DNA of 64,000 nt from Actinomycetes bacterium (GTDB lineage Bacteria > Actinomycetota > Acidimicrobiia > Acidimicrobiales > CADCSY01), in contig JANNNX010000009.1 in assembly GCA_031398745.1 (NCBI GenBank), positions 4,038-68,037 on the forward strand, in the 5' to 3' direction. Below, piece after piece: positions 9,479 through 19,018 of the stretch. The notes under the pieces were generated by a model, which made no database searches, was not told where the DNA came from, and worked only from the letters and a program-made list of their open reading frames with translations. Positions within the stretch are counted from its first letter, which is position 1; every line of letters begins with the position of its first letter. A program made the position numbers and the translations under genes.

Positions 9479-10825
9479 TCAGCCGCCCCGGAGGAGTTCG
9501 GCCGTCCGGAAGGCGAGGTCGAGGCTCTGGCGGGCGTTGAGGCGGGGGTCGCACATCGTCTCGTAGCGCGACCCCAGATCGGCCTGGCCGATTTCCTCGG
9601 CGCCGCCCAGGCACTCGGTCACGTCGTCGCCCGTGAGCTCGACGTGGACGCCACCGGGCCAGGTGCCCTCGGCCCGGTGGGCGGCGAAGAAGCCGGCGAT
9701 CTCGGCGATCACGTCGTCGAAGTGTCGGGTCTTGCGGCCGTCATCGGCGGTGAAGGTGTTGCCGTGCATCGGGTCGCAGGCCCACACGACCGGGTGGCCG
9801 GCGTCGGCCACCGCTCGCAACAGCGGGGGCAGGGCGGCCTCGACCCGATCGGCGCCCATGCGGGCGACCAGGGTCAGCCGTCCCGGGACCCGCTCGGGGT
9901 TGAGTCGCTCGCACAGCGGGAGGACCTCGTCGGCGGCGGCGGTCGGGCCGAGCTTGACGCCCACCGGGTTGCCCACGCCGGAGAGGAACTCGACGTGCGC
10001 CCCGTCGATCTGACGGGTCCGTTCGCCGATCCAGAGCATGTGGGCCGAGCAGTCGTACCAGTCGCCGGTGAGCGAGTCGCGCCGGGTCAGGGCCTCCTCG
10101 TAGCCGAGCAGCAGCGCCTCGTGGCTGGTGTAGAAGTCGACCTCGTGGAGCTGGTGCTCCCGCTCCAGGTCGATCCCGCAGGCCGCCATGAACCGCAGGG
10201 CCCGGTCGATCTCGTCGGCGATCTGCTCGTAGCGCCGGCCCTCGCCGCTGCTGGCCACGAACTCCTGGTTCCAGGAGTGCACCCGGCCGAGGTCGGCGAA
10301 GCCACCCTTGGTGAAGGCCCGCAACAGGTTCAGGGTCGACGAGGCCTGGTGGTACGCCCGCATCATCCGGTCGGGGTCGGGGGTCCGGGCGGCCAAGGTG
10401 GGGGCCACGTCGTTGACCATGTGACCCCGGAAGGCGGGCAGCGGGCGGCCGTCGATCAGCTCGATCGAGCTGGAGCGGGGCTTGGCGAACTGACCGGCGA
10501 TGCGGCCGACCTTGAGCGTGGGCACCCCCGACGAGTAGGTGAGCACCACCGCCATCTGGAGGATGACCCGCAACTTCTCGCGGATGTTGACGGCCGAGAA
10601 GTCGTCGAAGGACTCGGCGCAGTCTCCCGCTTGGAGGAGGAAGGCCCGGCCCTCGGCCACGGCCCCGAGGGCCTTGGTCAGCGATCGGGCCTCGCCCGCG
10701 AAGACCAGCGGGGGAAGGGTCGACATCTCCTTGAGGACCGTGTCGACCCGGCCCGGGTCGGGCCACTCGGGCTGCTGCTCGGCGGGACGGGCGCGCCACG
10801 ACGAGGGGGACCAGCTGGGGTGCAC
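9479..10825 (-). CDS. Class II DAHP synthase
   Basis: QQPEWPD, GDCAESF, KVGRIAGQFAKPRS, WIGERTR, CDPMHGNT, YETMCDPRLN. Confidence 0.95.
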   Translation of the reverse strand: MHPSWSPSSWRARPAEQQPEWPDPGRVDTVLKEMSTLPPLVFAGEARSLTKALGAVAEGRAFLLQAGDCAESFDDFSAVNIREKLRVILQMAVVLTYSSGVPTLKVGRIAGQFAKPRSSSIELIDGRPLPAFRGHMVNDVAPTLAARTPDPDRMMRAYHQASSTLNLLRAFTKGGFADLGRVHSWNQEFVASSGEGRRYEQIADEIDRALRFMAACGIDLEREHQLHEVDFYTSHEALLLGYEEALTRRDSLTGDWYDCSAHMLWIGERTRQIDGAHVEFLSGVGNPVGVKLGPTAAADEVLPLCERLNPERVPGRLTLVARMGADRVEAALPPLLRAVADAGHPVVWACDPMHGNTFTADDGRKTRHFDDVIAEIAGFFAAHRAEGTWPGGVHVELTGDDVTECLGGAEEIGQADLGSRYETMCDPRLNARQSLDLAFRTAELLRGG

Positions 10826-10877
10826 GTCTCCAGCCTCGCCGATCAGGTCGTTGGCGGCCAAGGCTTTGCCGGGACCG

Positions 10878-11741
10878 CTAGGCGGCGACGATCGCCTCGG
10901 CGTCGCTGCGGAGGTCGTCGACCGCCCGCTTGACGATCCGGCGGGCCGCCTCGGCGGTGACGCCGAGGACGTCGCCGACCTCCCGGAAGCTGTGGGTCTC
11001 GCCGTCGGCCAGCCCGAAGCGGTGCTCGACCGCCTGGCGCGACCGCGGATCGAGCCGGTCGAGCATGCCGACGACCAGCTCGTCGTCCAGCGAGGCCAGC
11101 ACCAGCGCCTCGGGGCCCGGCTTGCCGTCGGCCAGCAGGTCGACGAGCTCCTGGTCGCCATCCTCGCCCACCGTCCGGTCGAGGCTGGTCGGCGTCGACA
11201 GGCGATGCAGGTTGGCGAGCTCGTCGTCGAGGTCGTCGCCCTCGCCGGCGACGTTGCGCAGCGCGGCCCGGAGCTGGGCTGACCGCTCCGAGGGCAGGCG
11301 GACGAGACTGGCCTTCTGGTCGAGGGCCCGGCCGATGGCCTGGCGGATCCAGAAGGTGGCGTAGGTCGAGAACTTGAAGCCCCGCCGCCAGTCGAACTTC
11401 TCGACCGCGTGCTCGAGGCCGAGGTTGCCCTCTTGGATCAGGTCGAGGAGGTCCATGCCCGGGGGCAGGGGGTAGCGCCGGGCGATGCTGACCACCAGGC
11501 GGAGGTTGGCTCGGATGAATTGATCGCGGGCGGCGGCTGCGCCCCGCACCGCACGCTTGAGCTCGACGCCGCGCTCACCGGCGTCGAGCCGGGTCTGGGC
11601 CGCGTGGCCGGCTTCGATCCGCTGGGAGAGCTCTCGCTCCATGGCGGCATCGAGGAGGGCCACCTGGCCGATCTCGTGGAGGTACTGACCGACTGAATCT
11701 CTCATGGCAGTGGTTCCAAACGTGGGTGACGTCGATGTCAT
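10878..11741 (-). CDS. Sigma-70 family factor, RpoD-like region 2 with short region 3 and divergent region 4
   Basis: YLHEIG, ANLRLVVSIARRY, DLIQEGNLGL, KFDWRRGFKFSTYATFWIRQAI; start uncertain (11705/11741/11768). Confidence 0.9.
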   Translation of the reverse strand: MTSTSPTFGTTAMRDSVGQYLHEIGQVALLDAAMERELSQRIEAGHAAQTRLDAGERGVELKRAVRGAAAARDQFIRANLRLVVSIARRYPLPPGMDLLDLIQEGNLGLEHAVEKFDWRRGFKFSTYATFWIRQAIGRALDQKASLVRLPSERSAQLRAALRNVAGEGDDLDDELANLHRLSTPTSLDRTVGEDGDQELVDLLADGKPGPEALVLASLDDELVVGMLDRLDPRSRQAVEHRFGLADGETHSFREVGDVLGVTAEAARRIVKRAVDDLRSDAEAIVAA

Positions 11742-11844
11742 TCCGAGTCGGCTAGTGACTGCGGTCACAAGCGGGCGGTCTACGACCGCTCCTGGACTTA
11801 CTTCGGTGCAGGTCCATTCCCGGTTGAGGACCAGACTGAGACCT

Positions 11845-12438
11845 GTGTCACGCCGGATCGGGGTCTACGGAGGCACATTCGACCCGATCCACGTCGGTCA
11901 CCTGGTCACTGCGGTCAACGTTCGCCACCTGCTCGGACTCGACCGGGTGCTGCTGGTGGTGGCCAACGACCCGTGGCAGAAGACCGGGGTGGCTCGACCG
12001 GTGTCGGCCGCCGGGCACCGTCTGGCCATGGTCGAGGCGGCCGTCGAGCAGGTCGCCGGGGTCGAGGCCAGCGCTATCGAGATCGACCGGGGTGGACCCT
12101 CCTACACCGCCGACACGCTGGTCGAATTGCGCCGGGCCGACCCCGAGGCCGAGCTGTTCGTCATCATGGGCTCCGATGCCGCTGCCGGCCTGTCGAGCTG
12201 GGAGCGGGCCGAGGAGGTCCGGGCGATGGCGACGTTGGTGGTCGTCACCCGACCGGGAGCGGAGGCCGAGGCCCCTCCCGCCGGCTGGACGTTCCTGTCG
12301 GTCGAGGTGCCCCGGCTCGAGGTGTCGAGCACCGACCTGCGGGCCCGCTTCGCCGACGGGCGCCCGCTCGACTGGCTGGTGCCCGAGGCCGTGGTGCGCG
12401 TCGCCCGGGAGCGCCGTTTGTACGCTGCCGGCGGATGA
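11845..12438 (+). CDS. nadD: Nicotinate-nucleotide adenylyltransferase
   Basis: GVYGGTFDPIHVGH, GPSYTADT, VSSTDLR. Confidence 0.95.
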   Translation: MSRRIGVYGGTFDPIHVGHLVTAVNVRHLLGLDRVLLVVANDPWQKTGVARPVSAAGHRLAMVEAAVEQVAGVEASAIEIDRGGPSYTADTLVELRRADPEAELFVIMGSDAAAGLSSWERAEEVRAMATLVVVTRPGAEAEAPPAGWTFLSVEVPRLEVSSTDLRARFADGRPLDWLVPEAVVRVARERRLYAAGG

Positions 12439-13691
12439 CCGCGAGCCTCCGCCGTCCTCGCCCGCCGGTCGTCCCGGCGGCGGGTGACGAGCGAGGCACG
12501 CGCCAGGAGCGACGGCTCCGTCGGTCCCGCCGACGTCGGCTGGCGGGGGTGGTGGTGGCGATGGCCGCGGTGGTGTGGCTGGCCACGTCGAGCCCGTCGA
12601 CGGTCACCGACGGAGTCCGGCGGCTGGTCGGGACGGCCGATGATCCGGCGGAGGAGCCATCGGAGGGGGCCGAGGATCGCAGCCTCGGACGGCTGCTCGT
12701 CCACCGCTCGGCCGAAGGGCGGCTCTCGGGGATCACGGTGGTCGTCACCGACGGCGATCAGCCGGGAGGTCGGATCCTGTTGGTCCCCGTCGGGGCCATG
12801 GTCGAGGTGCCGGGCTTCGGGCTCGAGTCGTTGGTCTCGGCCGAGGCCGCGGGGGGCCTCCCGCTCCTCCAGCAGTCGATCGAGAACCTGCTCGGCGTCC
12901 GCCTGGGCGTCGTCGGTGAGCTCGATCCGTCGGCCTGGGCGAAGGCGGTCGGTGCGGCCGGCACCCTCACGGTGCAGCTCGGCCAGCCGGTGGAGGTGGT
13001 GTCCGAGGGCGGTCGGGTCGAGGTGGTGTTCGCCGACGGGGCCGTGGCCGTCGAGCCCGACGCGGTGGGGGCCCTGCTCGACACCCCGGGCCAGCAGAGC
13101 CAGCTCGAGCGCCTCGTTCGCCACCAGGCGTTCTGGGAGGCCTGGCTCGAGCAGGTGGGCGACGATCGCTCGCGTGCCCCCGGGGGCGACACCCCCGGTG
13201 ACCTCGGCTCCGCGGTGGAGACCCTGGCCCGGGGCTCGGTCGACTTCGAGGTGCTGCCGGTCGACAACCTGGGCACCGCCACCGGAGGTCAGGAGCTCTA
13301 CCAACCGAGGGGCGACGACGTGCGGGCCCTGGTCGACGCGTGGTTCCCCGACGCCGCCTCGCTCGACCAGGGCGAGCGCATCCGGGTGCAGGTGCTCAAC
13401 GGGGTGGGAGCGCCGGCGGTGGCCAGCACCATCCAGCCGGCGCTCATCGAAGCCGGCGCCGAGGTGGTGCTCTCGGGCAACGCCGCCACCTTCGACCAGG
13501 CCGTCACCGAGGTCGTCTACTACGACGAGGCCGAGCGGGAGTTGGCCGAGCGGGTGCTCGACGCCCTGGGCGCAGGTCAGTTGGTCTTCAGCCGCACCGG
13601 CCTCGACGTGGTCGACGTCACCGTGGTCGTGGGCGCCGATCTGGTGCCGATCGCGGAGTCGGACGAGGAGTCGGGCGAGGAGTCGGAGTAG
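12435..13691 (+). CDS. Membrane-anchored LCP-like protein with LytR C-terminal domain
   Basis: Arg-rich N-terminus plus TM helix; C-terminal RVQVLNGVG...DVTVVVGAD. Confidence 0.75.
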   Translation: MTASLRRPRPPVVPAAGDERGTRQERRLRRSRRRRLAGVVVAMAAVVWLATSSPSTVTDGVRRLVGTADDPAEEPSEGAEDRSLGRLLVHRSAEGRLSGITVVVTDGDQPGGRILLVPVGAMVEVPGFGLESLVSAEAAGGLPLLQQSIENLLGVRLGVVGELDPSAWAKAVGAAGTLTVQLGQPVEVVSEGGRVEVVFADGAVAVEPDAVGALLDTPGQQSQLERLVRHQAFWEAWLEQVGDDRSRAPGGDTPGDLGSAVETLARGSVDFEVLPVDNLGTATGGQELYQPRGDDVRALVDAWFPDAASLDQGERIRVQVLNGVGAPAVASTIQPALIEAGAEVVLSGNAATFDQAVTEVVYYDEAERELAERVLDALGAGQLVFSRTGLDVVDVTVVVGADLVPIAESDEESGEESE

Positions 13692-13745
13692 TGGGCAGGC
13701 GGGGCTAGCCTGCCAACACCGAGGAGGGATCACCTGAGCGAGGGC

Positions 13746-14123
13746 ATGGACGACACGAGCAGCGACCGGGCCCGCTTGGCGGCGACAGCCGCGGCCGACA
13801 AGGGTGCGACCGAGATCACCATCCTCGATGTGGCCGAGGTACTCCGCATCGTCGACTGCTTCGTGATCGTCAGCGCCTCCAACGCCAGGATGGTCCGGGC
13901 CGTCGCCGAGGAGGTCGAGGACCGCATCCGCCAGGCCAGCGGCGAGAGCCCCCGGTCGGTCGAGGGCCTCGACGACCTGCGGTGGGTCCTCATCGACTAC
14001 GGCGACGTGGTGGTCCACGTCTTCCTCGACGAGGTCCGGGCCTACTACGAGCTCGAGCGGTTGTGGGGAGACGTGCCCCGAGTGTCGTGGGAGGGCGAGG
14101 AACGCCATCCTGTGGCCCGCTGA
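13746..14123 (+). CDS. rsfS: Ribosome silencing factor
   Basis: DKGA, DCFVIVS, WVLIDYGDVVVHVF..EVRAYYELERLW. Confidence 0.95.
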   Translation: MDDTSSDRARLAATAAADKGATEITILDVAEVLRIVDCFVIVSASNARMVRAVAEEVEDRIRQASGESPRSVEGLDDLRWVLIDYGDVVVHVFLDEVRAYYELERLWGDVPRVSWEGEERHPVAR

Positions 14124-14176
14124 CACGGTCCACTTCGCCCATCCGCCGTTCAGGCCTGCTTCGTAGAACGAGGACC

Positions 14177-15160
14177 GTGACGTACTCGCTCAACTCTGTC
14201 GCCGATGCGGCCCTCGATGCCTCACTGCTCGGCTACACCCGTTGGGGTGACCGGGTTCGTCGACGGGTTGCCCGGTGGGAGCCGCTCGACGCCCACCGGC
14301 TCGACGGCCGCACCGCCGTCGTCACCGGCGGGTCCTCGGGCATCGGTCTCACCCTGGCCTCGCTGCTGGCCGGCATTGGCGCCGACGTGGTGATCGTGGC
14401 CCGGGACGAGAGCCGGGGTGCGGCCGCGCTGGCCCGGGTGCAGTCGGCGGCCGACGGGGGCAAGGTCGAGCTGGAGCTGACCGACCTCGAGGACCTCGCC
14501 CAGGTCGACGCCTTGGCCGGGCGGCTGGCGGTCCGACCCCGTCTCGACCTGGTGCTCCACAACGCCGGCACGATGCACCACGAGCTGGTGCGCACCTCGC
14601 AGGGCCACGAGCGGACCGCCGCCGTGCACGTGCTGGCACCGTTCCTGCTCACCGCCCGCCTGGCGGGCGCGCTGGCCGCCCAGCACGGGCGGGTGGTCAC
14701 GATGACCTCGGGCGGCATGTACACCCAGCCCCTCGACGTCGCCGGCTTGGCCGAGCCGCCCGCGCCCTTCGACGGGCCGAGCACCTACTCCCGGGCCAAG
14801 CGGGCCCAGGTGGTGCTCAACGAGCAGTGGGCGACCCAGCTCGGACCGGACAACGTCGCCTGCCACGCCGTGCACCCCGGGTGGGTCGACACGCCCGGGC
14901 TGCGCCGTTCCCTGCCCCGCTTCGCATCCCGCCTGGGCCCGGTCCTGCGCTCGCCGGTCGAAGGGGCCGATACTGCGGCCTGGCTGGCGTCGGCGCCCGG
15001 GGCGGCCCTGGGTACCGGGGGGTTCTGGCACGATCGCCGCCGCCGCCCGATCCACCGCTTGGCCCGGACCCGTCGGGCCGACACCCCGGCTCGACGCCGC
15101 GAGCTGTGGCAGTGGTGCGCGGCCGCCACCGGGGTCGCGCTGGGCGCGCCGGGCTCATGA
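14177..15160 (+). CDS. SDR family oxidoreductase (DHRS12-like)
   Basis: VTGGSSGIG, HNAG, SGGMY, YSRAK, HPGWVDTPG. Confidence 0.88.
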   Translation: MTYSLNSVADAALDASLLGYTRWGDRVRRRVARWEPLDAHRLDGRTAVVTGGSSGIGLTLASLLAGIGADVVIVARDESRGAAALARVQSAADGGKVELELTDLEDLAQVDALAGRLAVRPRLDLVLHNAGTMHHELVRTSQGHERTAAVHVLAPFLLTARLAGALAAQHGRVVTMTSGGMYTQPLDVAGLAEPPAPFDGPSTYSRAKRAQVVLNEQWATQLGPDNVACHAVHPGWVDTPGLRRSLPRFASRLGPVLRSPVEGADTAAWLASAPGAALGTGGFWHDRRRRPIHRLARTRRADTPARRRELWQWCAAATGVALGAPGS

Positions 15161-16404
15161 GGGTCGCGGTCGTCGGCTCCGGCATCGCTGGTCTGGTGGC
15201 CGCCCACCTCCTGCACCGCGAGCACGAGGTGACGGTGTTCGAGGCTGCTCCCCGCCTCGGCGGGCACACCAACACGGTGCGGGTCGACCTGGCCGACGAG
15301 ACCCACCACGTCGACACCGGCTTCATCGTCCACAACGACCGCAACTACCCGCTGCTCCAGAGCCTGTTCCGTCGTCTCGACGTGGCCACCCAGCCCAGTG
15401 ACATGAGCTTCTCGGTGTCCGACCAGGCCTCGGGCCTGGAGTACGGCAGCCGCCACCCGGGCACCTGGTTCGCACAACGCGGCAACCTGGCCAGGCCCTG
15501 GTTCCATCGACTCCTGGCCGACGTCGTGCGCTTCAACCGGGCCGCTCGCCGACTGCTGGCCAGCGGGGCCAGTGACCACCTCGACATCGATGAGGTCCTC
15601 GACCGGTGGGGCTTCGGCGAGCGGTTCCGTCGGCTCTACCTGGTGCCCCTGGGGTCGGCCATCTGGTCGGCTGACCCGACGACCTTCGCCCGCTTCCCGG
15701 CGCTGGCCATGGCCCGCTTCTTCGACCAGCACGGGCTGCTCGACGGCGGCGACGACATCCAGTGGCGGACGGTGGTGGGCGGGTCGAACCGCTACGTCGA
15801 CGCCTTGACCCGGCCCTTCCACCGGCGCATCCACCTGGCCACGCCGGTCGACTGTGTCGGGGTCGACGCCGGGGGCGGCGCCTCGCTGTCGGCCGGCGGG
15901 ACCACTACCCACTTCGACCACGTGGTCGTCGCCTGCCACAGCGACCAGGCCCTCCGGCTGCTGGCCGCCCCGACGGCTGCCCAGCGCGAGGTGCTGGGTG
16001 CCATCCGCTACCAGCCCAACGTGGCCGTGCTCCACACCGACCCGACAGTCCTGCCGGCCCGGCGGCGGGCGTGGTCGAGCTGGAACACGTTCGTGCCCGA
16101 CGTGGCCGAACCCCGGGCGTCGGTGACCTACCACATGAACCGGCTCCAGCGGATCGAGTCGCGGACGCAGTTCTGCGTGACCCTCAACCGGGAGGACGCG
16201 GTCGACCCGGCGGCCGTGCTCGGGCGCTTCGAGTACGCCCACCCGGTCTTCGACGTGCCGGCGCTGGCCGCCCAACGCCGCCAGGACGAGCTCAATGCCT
16301 CGGGTCCGATCACCTTCGCCGGGGCCTACTGGGGCTACGGCTTCCACGAGGACGGCGTGCGCAGCGCCGGCTCGGCGGTGGCTCGCCTGGGGGTGGGGTG
16401 GTGA
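15157..16404 (+). CDS. FAD-dependent oxidoreductase (amine-oxidase-like; UfaD-like desaturase candidate)
   Basis: GSGIAG, RLGGH, VDTGFIVHNDRNYP, AWSSWN, GAYWGYGFHEDG. Confidence 0.88.
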   Translation: MRVAVVGSGIAGLVAAHLLHREHEVTVFEAAPRLGGHTNTVRVDLADETHHVDTGFIVHNDRNYPLLQSLFRRLDVATQPSDMSFSVSDQASGLEYGSRHPGTWFAQRGNLARPWFHRLLADVVRFNRAARRLLASGASDHLDIDEVLDRWGFGERFRRLYLVPLGSAIWSADPTTFARFPALAMARFFDQHGLLDGGDDIQWRTVVGGSNRYVDALTRPFHRRIHLATPVDCVGVDAGGGASLSAGGTTTHFDHVVVACHSDQALRLLAAPTAAQREVLGAIRYQPNVAVLHTDPTVLPARRRAWSSWNTFVPDVAEPRASVTYHMNRLQRIESRTQFCVTLNREDAVDPAAVLGRFEYAHPVFDVPALAAQRRQDELNASGPITFAGAYWGYGFHEDGVRSAGSAVARLGVGW

Positions 16405-17171
16405 CCTCCCCGGCGCTGGCCAGCGCGCTCTACGACGGCGTGGTCCAGCACCGCCGCTTCGGTGCCGTCACCCACCGCTTCCGCTACCGCCTGGCGCTGG
16501 TCTACCTCGACCTGGGCGAGGTCGACTCCGTGTTCGCCCGCCACCCGCTCTGGTCAGCCAATCGTCGGGCCCTGGTGCGCTTCCGCCGATCCGACTATCT
16601 CGGGCCCTCGGAGGTGCCCCTCGAGCAGGCGGTGGGCGACATGGTCGAGGGCCATACCGGGCGGCGTCCAACCGGACCGGTTCGGATGCTGGCCGCGGTC
16701 CGGACGCTCGGCTGGTGCTTCAACCCGATCACGCTCTACTACTGCTTCGACGTCACCGGTTCCGAGGTCGAGACCATCGTCGTCCAGGTCACCAACACGC
16801 CCTGGGGCGAGCGCCACACCTACGTGGTCGAAGGCGGCGGCGACGGTCAGCGCCACGAGTTCGACAAGGCGCTCCACGTGTCGCCGTTCATGCCCATGGA
16901 CCACCGGTACTCCCTGCGGGCGCCGATGCCGGGGGAGCGGCTCTTCGTGCACCTCGAGAACCGCCAATCCGGTCGGCGGGTGTTCGATGCCCACCTGCTC
17001 CTGCGGCGCACCCCGATCACCCGGTCGACCTTGGGTCGTCGCCTCCGCCACCAGCCGCTGTCGTCGATCAAGATCTCAGCCGCCATCTACTGGGAGGCGC
17101 TACGGCTGTGGCGCAAGGGAGCCCGTTACCACCCGCACCCGACGCCCCAGCCCGAGTCGGTGACGTCATGA
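16401..17171 (+). CDS. DUF1365 family protein (UfaO-like)
   Basis: V.HRR....H.FRY, FNPITLYYC, VTNTPWGERHTY, FDKALHVSPFM, IYWEALRLW.KG. Confidence 0.9.
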   Translation: MTSPALASALYDGVVQHRRFGAVTHRFRYRLALVYLDLGEVDSVFARHPLWSANRRALVRFRRSDYLGPSEVPLEQAVGDMVEGHTGRRPTGPVRMLAAVRTLGWCFNPITLYYCFDVTGSEVETIVVQVTNTPWGERHTYVVEGGGDGQRHEFDKALHVSPFMPMDHRYSLRAPMPGERLFVHLENRQSGRRVFDAHLLLRRTPITRSTLGRRLRHQPLSSIKISAAIYWEALRLWRKGARYHPHPTPQPESVTS

Positions 17172-18385
17172 GCCGTCCCTGGTCGAGACGCCTCGGTGGC
17201 CAGCTCGGTCGGGTCGCGGCCCACACCCTGCTGCGCAGCCTCGACGGCGCCACCCTCACCCTGCACGAGGGGGGCGCCTTCCGCCGCTTCGGCACGCCCG
17301 GGCCCGACCGCCTAGAGGCCGCGGTGGCGGTGGCCGACCCGGCGGCCTTCCGGGCGGTGCTCACGTCGGGGAGCGTGGGTCTCGGCGCCGCCTACCGCGA
17401 CGGGCTGTGGGAGAGCGACGACCTGGTGGCCGTGATCCGGGTGCTGCAACGGTCGCTCGGGCCGCTCAACCGGGTGTTGAACCCATCCCGGGCGGTCACC
17501 GCCCGGTTCCTCGATCCGCTCCGACGCCGCCGGACCGATGTCGTCGACCGGGGCGCGGCACGCGACGAGGTCCGGGCCCATTACGACCTCGGCAATGACT
17601 TCTTCGCCGGCTTCCTCGACCCCACCATGCAGTACTCGTGCGCGCTGTACCTGAGTGACGAGGCCACGCTGGAGGCCGCGTCGGTGGCCAAGATGGACCG
17701 GCTCTGTCGCCAGCTCCGGCTGGGGGTCGACGACCACCTGGTCGAGATCGGCACCGGGTGGGGTGGCCTGGCCGTCCACGCCGCCACCACCTACGGCTGC
17801 CGGGTCACGACCACGACGATCTCCGATCGCCAGCACGAGCACGCCAGCCGACTGGTGAAGGAGCTCGGCCTCGACGACCGGGTGACCGTGCTGGCCGACG
17901 ACTTCCGCGACGTCGAAGGCTCCTACGACGCGCTGGTCTCGGTCGAGATGATCGAGGCCCTCGACTGGCGGGAGCACGACAGCTTCTTCGCCGCCTGCGA
18001 CGCTCTCGTTCGGCCCGGAGGCCGGGTCGCCATCCAGGCCATCACCCTGCCCGATGCCGACTTTCACCGGGCCAAGGCCAACGACGACTTCATCAACCAC
18101 TTCATCTTCCCGGGGGGCACCCTGCCCTCGCTGGGCGCCATCGCCGGATCGGTGGCCCGGCAGACCTCGTTGGAGCTGGTCGACACCTTCGCCATGGGTC
18201 TGCACTACGCCCGGACCCTGCGGGAGTGGCGGGCCCGGTTCCTGGAGATGCGGGCCGACCTACCCGCCCTGGGCCTCGACGAGCGCTTCGCCCGTCTGTG
18301 GGACCTCTACCTAGCGACCTGCGAGGCGCTCTTCCTCGAGCGCCAGATCGACGACGTCCAGCTCACCTACGTGAAGTGGAGCTGA
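17168..18385 (+). CDS. Cyclopropane-fatty-acyl-phospholipid synthase family SAM methyltransferase
   Basis: HYDLGNDFF..FLDPTMQYSCA, EIGTGWG, SVEMIEA, IFPGG.LP, HYARTL..W. Confidence 0.92.
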   Translation: MSRPWSRRLGGQLGRVAAHTLLRSLDGATLTLHEGGAFRRFGTPGPDRLEAAVAVADPAAFRAVLTSGSVGLGAAYRDGLWESDDLVAVIRVLQRSLGPLNRVLNPSRAVTARFLDPLRRRRTDVVDRGAARDEVRAHYDLGNDFFAGFLDPTMQYSCALYLSDEATLEAASVAKMDRLCRQLRLGVDDHLVEIGTGWGGLAVHAATTYGCRVTTTTISDRQHEHASRLVKELGLDDRVTVLADDFRDVEGSYDALVSVEMIEALDWREHDSFFAACDALVRPGGRVAIQAITLPDADFHRAKANDDFINHFIFPGGTLPSLGAIAGSVARQTSLELVDTFAMGLHYARTLREWRARFLEMRADLPALGLDERFARLWDLYLATCEALFLERQIDDVQLTYVKWS

Positions 18386-18664
18386 TCGAGTCCTACCGAC
18401 CCGAGGAGTTCGGGGATCGGCTCGGGAGCGGGTGGGTGGGTCGGACGTGAGCTCCGGAGCTGCCAGTTCGTAGACGGTACACAGAGCGCCGGTCGTCTTT
18501 TGCGCTCACTGCAAGCCGAGGCAACGCAAAGAATCACCGACGCTGGGGATGCCGACACGTTCTGCTGAGCCTCTTCGTCGCAACGATCGCCGCAATATCT
18601 AGAAGGCCAATGTTTCCCGAACCTCAGGTTGCCATGCGATGAGCGGGGTCTCGATAGACGTGTC

Positions 18665-18916
18665 TCACTCCCTACAAACTCCAGCGACCCACCGTAGGAA
18701 CCCCTCGATACCGATCGGCCGCACGCCAAGGCTGCCAAGGTACTGACGGACGTACGTGTCGACAGCAACCTCCGAGCTATCCCGGTCAATAATGACCGCC
18801 ACTCGCGTCGCGAGGTCGTCATACTCACTTGCCGCCTCGCCGCGAAAGGCGCCGATGCCGATCGGATCCCAGTCCCAGAGCGCTTCAAGCACAGCTTGTC
18901 GCGACACATCAGCCAT
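18665..18916 (-). CDS. Small DUF1871/YugE-like protein, putative immunity protein
   Basis: LWDWDPIGI....EYD motif; ATG immediately follows the TAG of an upstream toxin-like fragment. Confidence 0.55.
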   Translation of the reverse strand: MADVSRQAVLEALWDWDPIGIGAFRGEAASEYDDLATRVAVIIDRDSSEVAVDTYVRQYLGSLGVRPIGIEGFLRWVAGVCRE

Positions 18917-19018
18917 CTAGAACCTCCACCCGAGGGCATTGTGAGCCCAGGTCATGACCACGCGACCTGAGTCGTTCAAGACAACGACCGACCGGTCGCC
19001 GACAAACCTGGTCGTGCC
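18917..19018 (-). pseudogene. C-terminal fragment resembling a polymorphic toxin tip
   Basis: Hand translation gives GTTRFVGDRSVVVLNDSGRVVMTWAHNALGWRF*; no convincing start. Confidence 0.45.

Noticed and set aside
7406-10933. 1175-aa plus-strand ORF and similar long antisense or alternate-frame ORFs (e.g. 19981-22872, 30272-32215, 47662-48903, 58384-60009)
   Set aside because: Shadow ORFs expected from high-GC codon bias; they overlap well-supported genes and show no recognisable motifs
18367-18939. 190-aa minus-strand ORF, plus the 18954-19181, 19144-19458 and 19466-19660 ORFs in or near the islet
   Set aside because: No recognisable motifs; they overlap the better-supported small ORF, the RHS fragments or the tRNA
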